Below the pieces are notes generated by a model. The model was not told the origin of the DNA, ran no database searches, and saw only the letters and a program-made list of their open reading frames with translations. This document shows positions 32,561-42,311 of a stretch of 64,000 nt of DNA, piece by piece. Source of the DNA: Candidatus Pacearchaeota archaeon (lineage in GTDB: Archaea > Nanobdellota > Nanobdellia > Pacearchaeales > DTIR01). The stretch lies in assembly GCA_018303805.1 (NCBI GenBank), contig JAGVXL010000001.1, positions 305,528 through 369,527 of the forward strand, given 5' to 3'. The translations under genes and the position numbers were made by a program. The stretch's first letter is position 1. Each line of letters opens with the position of its first letter.

Positions 32561-33526
32561 TTAATTCATAATTTTGATTATTTCATAATTTTTCTTTCCA
32601 GCATTTTTACTTGGCCTAGCAGATATGGCAAGCAATACAGGCCTTTTGGCGGGGCCTTGAATAGAGCCCTTCATTAAAAGGCAGGGATTTTTCACAAATC
32701 CGTATCTATGAAATCCTTTTTTAGGATTAATCTCTGCGGAGGCTATTTTTATTATCTTGCTGTTATATATGACGCGTGTGAAAAAGCCTGTTTGTCCTGC
32801 CTGTGGAGCATAAAACATTACCTTGCTTGGCGTCCAAGGACCCAGGGTTCCCGGCCTTCTGACTCCCTTTTCTGACTTATGGCTTCTCTTGCCAATCCCA
32901 AATCTTTTCATTGGACCCTGGAAACCATGGCCCTTTGTGACAGCATGCACATCAATAAGCTGTCCGGCAGAAAAAACATCAGAGATATTAATCTCCTTGC
33001 CGATTAAACCTTTTGCAAATTCAAATTTTTCTTTTATACTCCCGGAAAGTGCAATCTCAGAGATATCTGGAGTTTTCTTTAGATGTATTTTCCTAATATC
33101 TGAATAAAGGATAATTTTTGCATCGTCATAACCTTCAATGCTCTTCTCAATATCCGGCAATTTGGCAAGTTGCAGTTCCTTGGGGGCTTTGACTATTTTT
33201 TTTAATTCTTTTTCATTAGAAACAACCGCCTCTGCAACAACTCTACCATTCTTGTAGAGCCTTATCGAATATAACTTCAAGGGGGGGCATTCAATGACTG
33301 TTACAGGGACAACAATCTCCTTGTTTTTGGTCATAGAATGCTGTGTCAAATCATTAACGAGAACCCTTAACATGCCTGCCTTATAGCCGAAAAAACCCAG
33401 AATCTTCTGCCCTGTTTTTTCTCTGCCATATAAGGGGGTCCAGTTTACACTGGGCAAGATCTTCTCTGCTCTGACTCTCGGCCAGAACTGCAAACTTCCT
33501 TTTCTTGGCTTATGTCGTTTAGGCAT
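32561..33526 (-). CDS. rpl3: ribosomal protein uL3
   Basis: GSLQFWPRVRA start and the KGHGFQGPMKRFG motif. It is the first gene of the operon. Confidence 0.9.
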   Translation of the reverse strand: MPKRHKPRKGSLQFWPRVRAEKILPSVNWTPLYGREKTGQKILGFFGYKAGMLRVLVNDLTQHSMTKNKEIVVPVTVIECPPLKLYSIRLYKNGRVVAEAVVSNEKELKKIVKAPKELQLAKLPDIEKSIEGYDDAKIILYSDIRKIHLKKTPDISEIALSGSIKEKFEFAKGLIGKEINISDVFSAGQLIDVHAVTKGHGFQGPMKRFGIGKRSHKSEKGVRRPGTLGPWTPSKVMFYAPQAGQTGFFTRVIYNSKIIKIASAEINPKKGFHRYGFVKNPCLLMKGSIQGPAKRPVLLAISARPSKNAGKKNYEIIKIMN

Positions 33527-33665
33527 TTCTTGATTTTAGAGAGCACAGTCTCTAGGTTTATATTTTCCATTTTTACACCCGTGAACCCCTAAAAGATTAA
33601 ATTTTCATGAAAGAACGATTTATAAAGCTTGCGATGCCTCAAAGAAAAAATAATTTATGCTAATT

Positions 33666-34409
33666 TTAAGCCTCAAAGGCCTTTTCTTGCTGGATAATAT
33701 TGCCATCAACTTCTGCCTGCCTTATAATCTTGCCTTTTTTCCTTGCATCTAACCTTATTCGCTCAAAATCCTTTTCCCCTTTTGGCAGAATAATGTCTGA
33801 AATGACAAATGTGTGCCTTACCTTTGCCTTTTTGAACTCATAAGGCAGGCCAAAAAGGAAATCTTCATGAAACTGCTTGTAAAATTTTTCGTCAAGCTCA
33901 AGAATGCAGAATTTGCCATCAATCTTTTCAGCGCCTGACTTGCCTGGCTTCGGCAGTTTCTTTTTTGTCTTTAAGCTTATTCCGGGGGCTTCTGCATCTA
34001 ACAGCATACAATAAATCTTATCCTTGATTTCAGCAACTGTCTTGCTGGATACATCTCTAGTTATATAAACAAACAGCCCTTTTTTTTTGCTCTCGTCAAT
34101 TTCAACACCATTTTTTAAAAAGATTTCGCCAAGATTTTCCCTGCTTAATATCACTCCAGAAAAGTTGACATTAGGCAGCTCTGCAAGGAACAAGACAAAA
34201 TCATTTGCGAACTCAAATGTGCTTCTTAATTTGATTATCTTGCTTTTGTTTATGCTTATAACTGCACGATTTTCAAAAGTACCGCGAGAAAATCTAATGA
34301 ATTGTGCATGAGCTTTTTCATCAGCATTATCAAGCCATATCTTCCTAATAAAATTAACAGCCATATCTTTCCCCAAAAAAGGAGATTTATAAACCTTTTT
34401 AATTTCCAT
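33666..34409 (-). CDS. hypothetical cytoplasmic protein (start set at the ATG at 34409)
   Basis: A clean ORF with no family recognised. The ATG at 34409 lies about 23 nt from a TATA-like box. The track start at 34445 is a TTG. Confidence 0.6.
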   Translation of the reverse strand: MEIKKVYKSPFLGKDMAVNFIRKIWLDNADEKAHAQFIRFSRGTFENRAVISINKSKIIKLRSTFEFANDFVLFLAELPNVNFSGVILSRENLGEIFLKNGVEIDESKKKGLFVYITRDVSSKTVAEIKDKIYCMLLDAEAPGISLKTKKKLPKPGKSGAEKIDGKFCILELDEKFYKQFHEDFLFGLPYEFKKAKVRHTFVISDIILPKGEKDFERIRLDARKKGKIIRQAEVDGNIIQQEKAFEA

Positions 34410-34427
34410 AAAATTAAACAGAAAAGA

Positions 34428-34435
34428 TTTATAAA
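34428..34435. promoter_or_regulatory. palindromic TATA-like box TTTATAAA shared by divergent genes
   Basis: Its centre is 22.5 nt from the ATG at 34409 (minus) and 25.5 nt from the ATG at 34457 (plus). That spacing is compatible with two leaderless transcripts from one symmetric TATA element. Confidence 0.35.
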
Positions 34436-34456
34436 ACATTTGCAACTTGTATCTTT

Positions 34457-35491
34457 ATGGTTCCGGAACCTTTCTGTTTGAGCGGCAAAACTGTTGCCTT
34501 TATTGTCATTATCTTGCTTGCAGTTCTGACATTTATTGTTGCCAGGCCTTTTATTTTAACTATCGTAAGCTCAATGGTTCTTGCGTATGTAACGCATCCC
34601 CTCTATAAAAGATTAAAAAAGATATTAAAAAGCTCTTCGTTAAGCGCCGCAATTCTCAGTACAATTATTGTTTTTGCGATTTCTATGATTGTATGGTTCT
34701 TGATGCCGATTATGATAAGACAAACATTTGATATTTACACTACATTGCAAAAAGTGGATTTTGCCGCCCCTTTTAGGGTCTTGGCCCCAAAATTCTTCAC
34801 ATCTCCCGAGTTTACAAGGGATTTCACAATAACAATCAATCAGGTAATCTCAAAGGGCGCAAGTTCAATTATGAATCGATTTGAAAGTGTGATAATAAAT
34901 TTGCCAGTGCTTTTTGTGCAGTTTGTTGTCATGCTCTTCATATTCTTTTTTACTCTCCGGGATAATGAAGGGATTGTTGATTTTTTAAGAGGTTTATCAC
35001 CATTAAAAGAATTGAGTGAAAAAAGGTTTATAAAAAAATTTAATGACATAACAAAATCTATTGTTTATGGAATGTTTATAATTGGGTTTGTACAAGGTCT
35101 TTTGGCAGGCATAGGCTTTTTTGCATTCAAGGTTCCTCAAGCTCTTTTCATGAGCATTATCGCAATATTTTTTGGGATAGTGCCTTATATAGGCACTTGG
35201 GCTGTTTGGGTTCCTATAAGCATTGGGATGATGCTCTTAGGCAATATGCAGACTGCTGTTGCATTCATAATCTATCAGTTAATCGCCGCAGGATTAATAG
35301 AATTCTTTATCAGGCCCTATATAATCAAAAAACAGGCAAAAATACCAATGTCCACTGTGATAATCGGCATGTTGGGTGGGGGTTATGCATTTGGCATCAT
35401 CGGCCTGGTGATAGGGCCATTAATAATAGAGTATTTCCTGTTATTCTTGGAGTTTTACAGGACAAAAAGCCTGCATGAGCTTTTTGGATAA
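34457..35491 (+). CDS. AI-2E family transporter (PerM/UPF0118)
   Basis: A multi-TM protein with the family-typical segment FFGIVPYIGTWAVWVPISI. Confidence 0.7.
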   Translation: MVPEPFCLSGKTVAFIVIILLAVLTFIVARPFILTIVSSMVLAYVTHPLYKRLKKILKSSSLSAAILSTIIVFAISMIVWFLMPIMIRQTFDIYTTLQKVDFAAPFRVLAPKFFTSPEFTRDFTITINQVISKGASSIMNRFESVIINLPVLFVQFVVMLFIFFFTLRDNEGIVDFLRGLSPLKELSEKRFIKKFNDITKSIVYGMFIIGFVQGLLAGIGFFAFKVPQALFMSIIAIFFGIVPYIGTWAVWVPISIGMMLLGNMQTAVAFIIYQLIAAGLIEFFIRPYIIKKQAKIPMSTVIIGMLGGGYAFGIIGLVIGPLIIEYFLLFLEFYRTKSLHELFG

Positions 35492-35533
35492 AAAAGGAAA
35501 AAATAAAAAAGAATATAAGAATAATAATCAAAA

Positions 35534-37009
35534 ATGCTGCTGAAGGTAAAATCACTTGGCTTAATGGCTGGGAGACCTGTTGCTATCCTGCATGCTGAAA
35601 CTGCAAGAAAATTAAATGTGCATATTGATGAGAGGGTGAATATTACATCAAAAAGAGGAGAAATTATAAGTGTTGTAGACACTGCAAAGGGCATGCTTGA
35701 TAAAAATAGTATAGTTCTCTCTGGGGAGATAATTGATTATCTCCAGATTAGAAATAATGAGAATGTAGAGGTTAGTGTTGCAGGAGAAACAAGAAGCGCA
35801 CATTATATACGGGAAAAAATAAAGGGAATTGAACTCAACAAGGAGAAGATAAAAGCAATAATCTCGGATATCGTGTCAAACAAGCTTACAGAGGCGGAAA
35901 TCGCATATTTTGTTGCTGCTGAATACATCAACAGGATGAGCATGAAAGAGATAGAGTATCTAGTTGAATCAATAGTATCCACAGGCAGAACACTTGGCAT
36001 TAAAAACCGCATTATAGCAGACAAGCATAGTATAGGGGGCATTTCAGGCAACAGAACAACACCCCTAGTTGTTCCAATATGCTCTGCTGCGGGATTGATG
36101 ATGCCTAAAACCTCATCAAGAGCAATAACATCTGCTGCAGGAACAGCAGATTCTGTAGAGGCAATTGCAAAAGTTGAGTTCAGCGTTGATGAGATACGAA
36201 ATATTGTAAAAAAGGTTAATGCATGTATGGTATGGGGCGGAGCTTTAGGCTTGGCTCCTGCAGATGACAAAATCATACAGGTTGAAAGATTATTAAATCT
36301 GGACCCTGAAGCGCAGTTGCTCGCGAGCATTATTTCAAAAAAGGTTTCTGCCGGCTCAACCCATGTTGTAATTGACATTCCATGCGGAAAGTCAGCTAAA
36401 TTTACAAGAGAGGAAGGCAAGGCATTGGGGGAAAAATTCAGCCAAATTGGGAGAAAATTTGGGTTAAAAATAAAGACAATCATAACTGAAGGGGACGAAC
36501 CAATAGGAAATGGGATAGGGCCCCTATTGGAAATGAGGGATATAATCTCTGTTTTAAGGCAGGAGGAAAAGAGGCCATTGGATTTAGAAAGGAAATCTTT
36601 GATGCTTTCAGCTGAGATTCTTGAATTGACTGGGACTGCAAGAAAGGGCAGAGGTTACGAACTCGCAGAAAAACTGCTGAGGTCAAAAGTTGCATGGACA
36701 AAATTCAAAGAGATTATAAAAGCGCAAAAAGGAAATGCAGACAAAAAGCTGAATTTAGCTGAATATTACTGGGATGTGAAATCCCCCCGTGATGGAAGAA
36801 TTATTGAAATAAACAACAAAAGCATAAATGCAGTAGCAAGGATATCTGGCTGCCCTGCTGACAAAGCAGCGGGCATCTATCTTTACAAACACTGCAACGA
36901 GAATGTAATCAAAAATGAAAAGATCCTCACAATCTACTCTGAAAGCCCGCAGAAGTTAGAGTCTGCAAAGAAACTATTCAATAAAATCCAACCTGTTACA
37001 ATAAAATAA
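35534..37009 (+). CDS. deoA: AMP phosphorylase (thymidine phosphorylase family with an N-terminal extension)
   Basis: DKHSIGGISGNRTTPLVVPICSAAGLMMPKTSSRAITSAAGTADSVE core. The N-terminal domain MLLKVKSLGLMAGRPVAILH is typical of archaeal AMP phosphorylase. Confidence 0.8.
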   Translation: MLLKVKSLGLMAGRPVAILHAETARKLNVHIDERVNITSKRGEIISVVDTAKGMLDKNSIVLSGEIIDYLQIRNNENVEVSVAGETRSAHYIREKIKGIELNKEKIKAIISDIVSNKLTEAEIAYFVAAEYINRMSMKEIEYLVESIVSTGRTLGIKNRIIADKHSIGGISGNRTTPLVVPICSAAGLMMPKTSSRAITSAAGTADSVEAIAKVEFSVDEIRNIVKKVNACMVWGGALGLAPADDKIIQVERLLNLDPEAQLLASIISKKVSAGSTHVVIDIPCGKSAKFTREEGKALGEKFSQIGRKFGLKIKTIITEGDEPIGNGIGPLLEMRDIISVLRQEEKRPLDLERKSLMLSAEILELTGTARKGRGYELAEKLLRSKVAWTKFKEIIKAQKGNADKKLNLAEYYWDVKSPRDGRIIEINNKSINAVARISGCPADKAAGIYLYKHCNENVIKNEKILTIYSESPQKLESAKKLFNKIQPVTIK

Positions 37010-37064
37010 ACTGCAACAAACAGCATATAAATAACTTTTTAAGTTTGTTTATGCATGATAAAAA

Positions 37065-39875
37065 ATGGTGAAGAAGACTATAATTGATGAAAAACCAGGG
37101 ACTGAAAAACAGCAAGAAGAAAATGAAAAGGGGGTTATTGACATAAGAAAAGAGAAATTTAAAGAGCTGTTTCTTAATAAGGGGCTGATATTTATTCTCG
37201 GTTTGATCATAATAATCCTAATAACCATAAATGTCAGGACAAGCAATATTTCTGGACTGAAAGATATAACAACAGGCAATTACACGCTTGCTCCTGACTT
37301 GGATCCATTCCTGTTTTTGAGATGGGCGAAATACATTGCTGTGCATGGCACAATAATGAACATAGATATAATGCGTTACTCTCCCTTAGGATACCACCCA
37401 AGGGCAGAAGCATTATTAACCTCATACATCATTGCATACCTCTACAAATTCCTTCATATTTTTTATCCAACAATCACAATTGAATTTGTTGCAGTGATAT
37501 ACTCCCCTATATTTTTCGCTCTGGCAACACTTTTCTTCTTCCTGTTTGTAAGAAGGCTATTTGTAAATTACCCCCTCCTAAAGAAAAATTTAATTGCCCT
37601 GCTTTCAACGCTCTTCTTTGTATTCATGCCATCATTGCTGCACAGGACAACTGGCGGAGTGCCGGAAAAAGAGGCTGCAGGAATAATGTTTGTTTTTCTT
37701 GCATTATACCTCTTTGTCTGCGCATTGCAAAGCAAGGATAAAAAGAATGCATTTATTATCGGATTAACAAGCGGTTTGGCAACAAGCCTGCTGAATATAA
37801 CCTGGGGGGGAGTTAATTTTGTTTTGTTAAGCATAGAGATAAGCATGCTGGCATACTTCTTTGTTGAGAGCATCTCAAAGAAGGAATTTCTCGCATATGC
37901 CGGCTGGATTACTGCGTTTACACTGTTTTCTGGTTTTATACCCTTTACAGCAATAAGATCGGGATATATAACGGGCTTATTAACCTCAACAATAACACAA
38001 GTAGCCTATTTCGTCTTTTTTGTGATATGCATCGACATGTTTGTCACTCCAAGAATTTACCAAAAAAGGAAAATAAAGATACCGAGAATAGCTTTCTCGT
38101 TACTTATATCCTTTATATCTGCTTTTCTATTACTAGTAATAACAAATCCCTCTGCAATTGCAAGTTATACAACTGGCTTGAAAACGCAACTGCTGCATCC
38201 TATAGGCACTGACCGCATCACATTAACTGTTGCAGAGAACAATCAGCCATATTTTGGCACCTGGAAAGGCACATTCACAATGAAATATTTCTGGCTTTTT
38301 ATGATTGCTGCTGTATTGCTGTTTTATGAGGCAATGCAAAAAATGAAAAAGAATGAAAGATATATCCTTTCAGCAGTTTATGCCTTATTCCTGATTTGCC
38401 TTGTATTCTCCAGATATTCCTCCAATTCAATTTTCAACGGAACAAGCTTCATAAGCCAGTTTGTATATTTCGGCGGATTTGCAGTCTTTATTTTAACATT
38501 CTTGGCAATATACTACAATGCGCACAAATCCGGAGAAATTGAAAAAATCAGGGGGATAAGCAAGGAATTTGTGCTTGTTCTTATAATGTTCTTTATTGCC
38601 ATGGTCTCTGCAAGGGGCGCGATAAGGCTGTTTTTCTTGCTTGCGCCAGTCACAACAATTCTTGTATCATTCATCAGCGTAGAATTAGTGGATAAAAGCA
38701 TTAAATCTTATAAAAGCAAGAAAGAATTGGCAACAATAATCTATGCAACCATTGCGCTGGGGATAATATTCTTAATACTCCTCCCATCATTCAATACTTT
38801 TTCCAACTCAACTATCAATGAGGCAAAATACACCCGGCCGGGATATTATGAGGTGTTATGGCAGAAGGCAATGGCATGGGTTAGAACTAACACACCTCAA
38901 AATGCTGTTTTCTCCCATTGGTGGGACTATGGATATTGGATACAAGCAATCGGTGAAAGGGCAACATTCTTGGATGGGGGAAACTCTTATGGCTACTGGG
39001 ATTACCAAATGGGCAGATATGTTCTAACAGGGCAAAATGAGCAGGAAGCATTAGAAGTGTTAAAAACACACAATGTTTCCTATCTCTTGATAGACCCTAC
39101 AGATATAGGAAAATATCCTGCGTACAGCAGCATAGGTTCTGATTTGGGGTATGACAGGTATAATTATATTCCAACTTTTATGCTGGATGAAAAACAAACC
39201 CAAGAAACAAGAGATGAGAGATTATTTTGGTATCAGGGCGGAGCTTTATTCAGCAAGGATTTCGTGTGGTATGACAAGAGCAGCAAGCAGCAATTCTTTT
39301 TTCCTGCACAAAATGAAGAGGCAATAATTGCAGGGGTGATATTGCCAGTACAGGAGTTGAATGCCAATGATACAATTCTCGCAAACTTGATACAGCCGGG
39401 CAATCTGCCAGTATTGATAAAGCAGCCAAGGGCAGTTGTTGTCTACAAAAGAACAACAAGAATAGACATCCCTCTGTGCTATCTATTCTATAACGGCTCA
39501 TATAGCTATGAAGACAACGGAGCATGCCTCAAGGCAGGTTTGTATGTAATACCCAAGATAGTGCCAAGTGGGGGGGGCTCCAGCATCATGCCAAACGGTG
39601 CTGCAATGTTCTTGAATGAAAGGGCAATGAGTGCCTTATGGGTTAAGCTTTATCTGCTTAATCAAGGCAAGAATTTTGAACTTGTGCATGTGGAATCCAG
39701 CCCGATTGTTGAACAGATGAACCAGCAAGGCGCGAAGTTGCCAGATTTTATCTATCTCGGGGATGTTTTTGGGCCTATTAAAATATGGAAAGTCAACTAC
39801 CCTGAAAATGTGACAATAAAGCCGGAATATCTCAATACATTATACCCCGATGTCAGATTGACAATAGCCAGATAG
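37065..39875 (+). CDS. aglB: oligosaccharyltransferase AglB (STT3 family)
   Basis: A 936-aa protein with a multi-TM N-terminal half, a WWDYGYW motif, and an Asp-containing first external loop (APDLDPFLFLRW). Confidence 0.9.
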   Translation: MVKKTIIDEKPGTEKQQEENEKGVIDIRKEKFKELFLNKGLIFILGLIIIILITINVRTSNISGLKDITTGNYTLAPDLDPFLFLRWAKYIAVHGTIMNIDIMRYSPLGYHPRAEALLTSYIIAYLYKFLHIFYPTITIEFVAVIYSPIFFALATLFFFLFVRRLFVNYPLLKKNLIALLSTLFFVFMPSLLHRTTGGVPEKEAAGIMFVFLALYLFVCALQSKDKKNAFIIGLTSGLATSLLNITWGGVNFVLLSIEISMLAYFFVESISKKEFLAYAGWITAFTLFSGFIPFTAIRSGYITGLLTSTITQVAYFVFFVICIDMFVTPRIYQKRKIKIPRIAFSLLISFISAFLLLVITNPSAIASYTTGLKTQLLHPIGTDRITLTVAENNQPYFGTWKGTFTMKYFWLFMIAAVLLFYEAMQKMKKNERYILSAVYALFLICLVFSRYSSNSIFNGTSFISQFVYFGGFAVFILTFLAIYYNAHKSGEIEKIRGISKEFVLVLIMFFIAMVSARGAIRLFFLLAPVTTILVSFISVELVDKSIKSYKSKKELATIIYATIALGIIFLILLPSFNTFSNSTINEAKYTRPGYYEVLWQKAMAWVRTNTPQNAVFSHWWDYGYWIQAIGERATFLDGGNSYGYWDYQMGRYVLTGQNEQEALEVLKTHNVSYLLIDPTDIGKYPAYSSIGSDLGYDRYNYIPTFMLDEKQTQETRDERLFWYQGGALFSKDFVWYDKSSKQQFFFPAQNEEAIIAGVILPVQELNANDTILANLIQPGNLPVLIKQPRAVVVYKRTTRIDIPLCYLFYNGSYSYEDNGACLKAGLYVIPKIVPSGGGSSIMPNGAAMFLNERAMSALWVKLYLLNQGKNFELVHVESSPIVEQMNQQGAKLPDFIYLGDVFGPIKIWKVNYPENVTIKPEYLNTLYPDVRLTIAR

Positions 39876-39919
39876 AAAATTTCACAAAAGATTTAAATCA
39901 TCAAAAGAGACTAATTTAA

Positions 39920-40915
39920 ATGAAATATCTTTACCTTATCCTTGGCATCATAAGTTTTGTTGTAACCTTATACTTGACTCCATGGGCTATAAGATACATG
40001 AAAAGGATAGGGGTTGTTGTAAAGGACCAAAATAAAAAGAAACAGCCATTAATTCCAATTTCTGGGGGATTGGCAGTTTTTGCAGGGATGTTCATTTCAA
40101 TAATGTTTATTACATTTGTTAAAACATTTGTATACAATTCAACAGCCGAGATAATCTTGCTGCTTGCAGCCACAATAGCTATAATGTTTATTACAATCGT
40201 GGGATTCATAGATGACTTGCTTATCAAGAGGAACAAGGAAAGCAGCGTTGGCTTAAGGCAGTGGCAGAAGCCATTGCTTACATTAAGTGCTGCGATTCCA
40301 TTAATGGTTGTCAATGCCGGAACGAGGATAGTAAATTTGCCTTTTTTAGGAAGGGCTGATATTGGCTTGCTTTATCCCCTGTTGCTGGTTCCTCTTGGTG
40401 TTGTGATTGCAGCGAACATGGTGAATATGCTTGCTGGCTTCAACGGCATGGAATCTGGAATGGGCATAATATACACTCTTTCTCTTGGCTTGTATTCCCT
40501 GTTTTATGGCACGCAGGTTGCGGCAATAATAGCCTTTGCAGCCTTGGGAAGCCTGGTTGCTTTCCACCTTTACAACAAATTCCCCGCAAAAATCCTGCCA
40601 GGGGACTCTTTAACCTACTTGCTTGGCGGCGTTATAGCAACAATAGGCATACTCGGCAACATTGAAAGGGCGGGGATAATAATATCAATTCCTTTTGCTG
40701 CCGAATTCTTCCTTAAAGCAAGAAGCAGATTCAAGGCGCAAAGCTATGGTTATGAAAAAAATGGCAGGATTCAGTCAAGATACAAAAAAATCTACTCCAT
40801 CCCCCACCTATTCACAAGAACTGGAAAATTTACAGAAAAACAAATCACATTCTTCATGATTTTGATTGAGCTTTTCTTTTGCATTCTCATATGGTTTCTG
40901 CCGATAAGCCAATGA
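39920..40915 (+). CDS. polyprenyl/dolichyl-phosphate HexNAc-1-phosphate transferase (MraY/WecA/GPT family, AglH-like)
   Basis: GFIDDL and NMVNMLAGFNGMESG motifs in a multi-TM protein. Confidence 0.8.
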   Translation: MKYLYLILGIISFVVTLYLTPWAIRYMKRIGVVVKDQNKKKQPLIPISGGLAVFAGMFISIMFITFVKTFVYNSTAEIILLLAATIAIMFITIVGFIDDLLIKRNKESSVGLRQWQKPLLTLSAAIPLMVVNAGTRIVNLPFLGRADIGLLYPLLLVPLGVVIAANMVNMLAGFNGMESGMGIIYTLSLGLYSLFYGTQVAAIIAFAALGSLVAFHLYNKFPAKILPGDSLTYLLGGVIATIGILGNIERAGIIISIPFAAEFFLKARSRFKAQSYGYEKNGRIQSRYKKIYSIPHLFTRTGKFTEKQITFFMILIELFFCILIWFLPISQ

Positions 40916-40974
40916 AATAAAGACAAAAATAAAAATTTTAGAAAAAGTTTTATTAAAAATAGAAATAAAGGAAA

Positions 40975-41970
40975 ATGAAAAACAAAAAAGATTTTGTTTC
41001 GATAATAGTTCCATGCCGGGATATAGATAAGTACACCAAAGAATGCATAAGGCACTGCAATAAGCTTAATTATGGGAATTATGAAATTTTGCTGCTGCCT
41101 GACAAGAAAAATGGGAAATTGCAGGGCATCAAAACAGAAAAACCGAGGGAATTGAGAATAATCGCAACAGGCAGCATTAAGCCGGGAGAGAAGAGGAACA
41201 TGGCAATGAAAAAAGCAAGGGGGGAGATTTATGCTTTTATTGATTCTGACGCTTACCCTGAAAAGAACTGGCTGAAAAATGCAGTAAGATATTTTTCCAA
41301 CATCAGGATAGGAATTGTTGGGGGGCCAAACTTAACTCCAAAGGCAGATAATTTCAGGCAGAAAATTTCTGGCATGCTGCTTGCAAACTGGTTATGTGCA
41401 GGGCCAAGAGCAAGCATAAGATACAGGGCTGCAAAAAAACAATTCACGCCGGAACTGCCAACATGCAATCTTCTTGTCAGGAAAGACGCTGTAAAGAATT
41501 TCAATCTCAAATTTAAGCCAGAACTGCTGACTGAAGAGGATTCAAAATTTTGCTTTGACATGGCAAAAAATGGCAAGAAAGTGCTATATGTCCCCGATGC
41601 TGTAGTGTATCATCATAGGAGAGAGGCATTTTTGCCGCACTTGAGGCAGATATGGATTTACGGGAGGGATGTTGCATTTCTCTTCAAAAAAGAAATTTCT
41701 CCTGTTATGCTCTATTATACCCTGCTCCCATTATTTGTTCTTGGCGTCATTGCAGGGGCAATCCTGTCATTTTTCAGCATCTTTATAAAAACAATGTATC
41801 TTGCATCAATCTTGCTTTATTTAGCAATAACACTTGCATCCAGCATAAAGAAAGATATTAAAACAACATTCATGCTTTTCTTGGGCATAATAGCAACGCA
41901 TTTTGCCTATGGACTGGGTTTTTTATACGGCTTGTTGAGCAAGAACAGGGCAGGATTGAATGTGAGGTAA
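40975..41970 (+). CDS. family 2 glycosyltransferase with C-terminal TM helices
   Basis: VSIIVPCRD start, FIDSDAYP (DxD motif), and a C-terminal hydrophobic region. Confidence 0.8.
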   Translation: MKNKKDFVSIIVPCRDIDKYTKECIRHCNKLNYGNYEILLLPDKKNGKLQGIKTEKPRELRIIATGSIKPGEKRNMAMKKARGEIYAFIDSDAYPEKNWLKNAVRYFSNIRIGIVGGPNLTPKADNFRQKISGMLLANWLCAGPRASIRYRAAKKQFTPELPTCNLLVRKDAVKNFNLKFKPELLTEEDSKFCFDMAKNGKKVLYVPDAVVYHHRREAFLPHLRQIWIYGRDVAFLFKKEISPVMLYYTLLPLFVLGVIAGAILSFFSIFIKTMYLASILLYLAITLASSIKKDIKTTFMLFLGIIATHFAYGLGFLYGLLSKNRAGLNVR

Positions 41971-41980
41971 AAATAAACTT

Positions 41981-42311
41981 TTGCGGAAGTTTAATCAAAA
42001 GATGGATTTTTTGAAAAGTTTCATTCAAGATTGCAGGTATTATGATTTAGAAAAAAGAGAAATTAAAACAATCTTGAAATATGTGAATTTAAAAAATAAA
42101 ACACTTTTGGATGCCGGGACGGGCATTGGCAGACTGGCTTTTCCTCTTTCTAAATATGCAAAAAGAATTGTAGCCATTGATAAAAATAAACAAAGATAAA
42201 AAAGAGAAATTAAAGAAAATAGTAAAAAAATACAAAAGGAATAAAAAGGTTAAAATCTCAGAAAGAATATTCTTTTATTTACTAGAACAAAAATGGCAAG
42301 AAAATTAGAAA
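41981..42311 (+). pseudogene. frameshifted, internally deleted class I SAM-methyltransferase remnant
   Basis: Motif I LLDAGTGIGRLAF and post-I IVAIDKN are followed by a stop inside an A-rich run. A shifted frame continues as KDKKEKLKKIVKKYKRNKKVKISERIFFYLLEQK. Total length is far below a functional methyltransferase. Confidence 0.5.
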
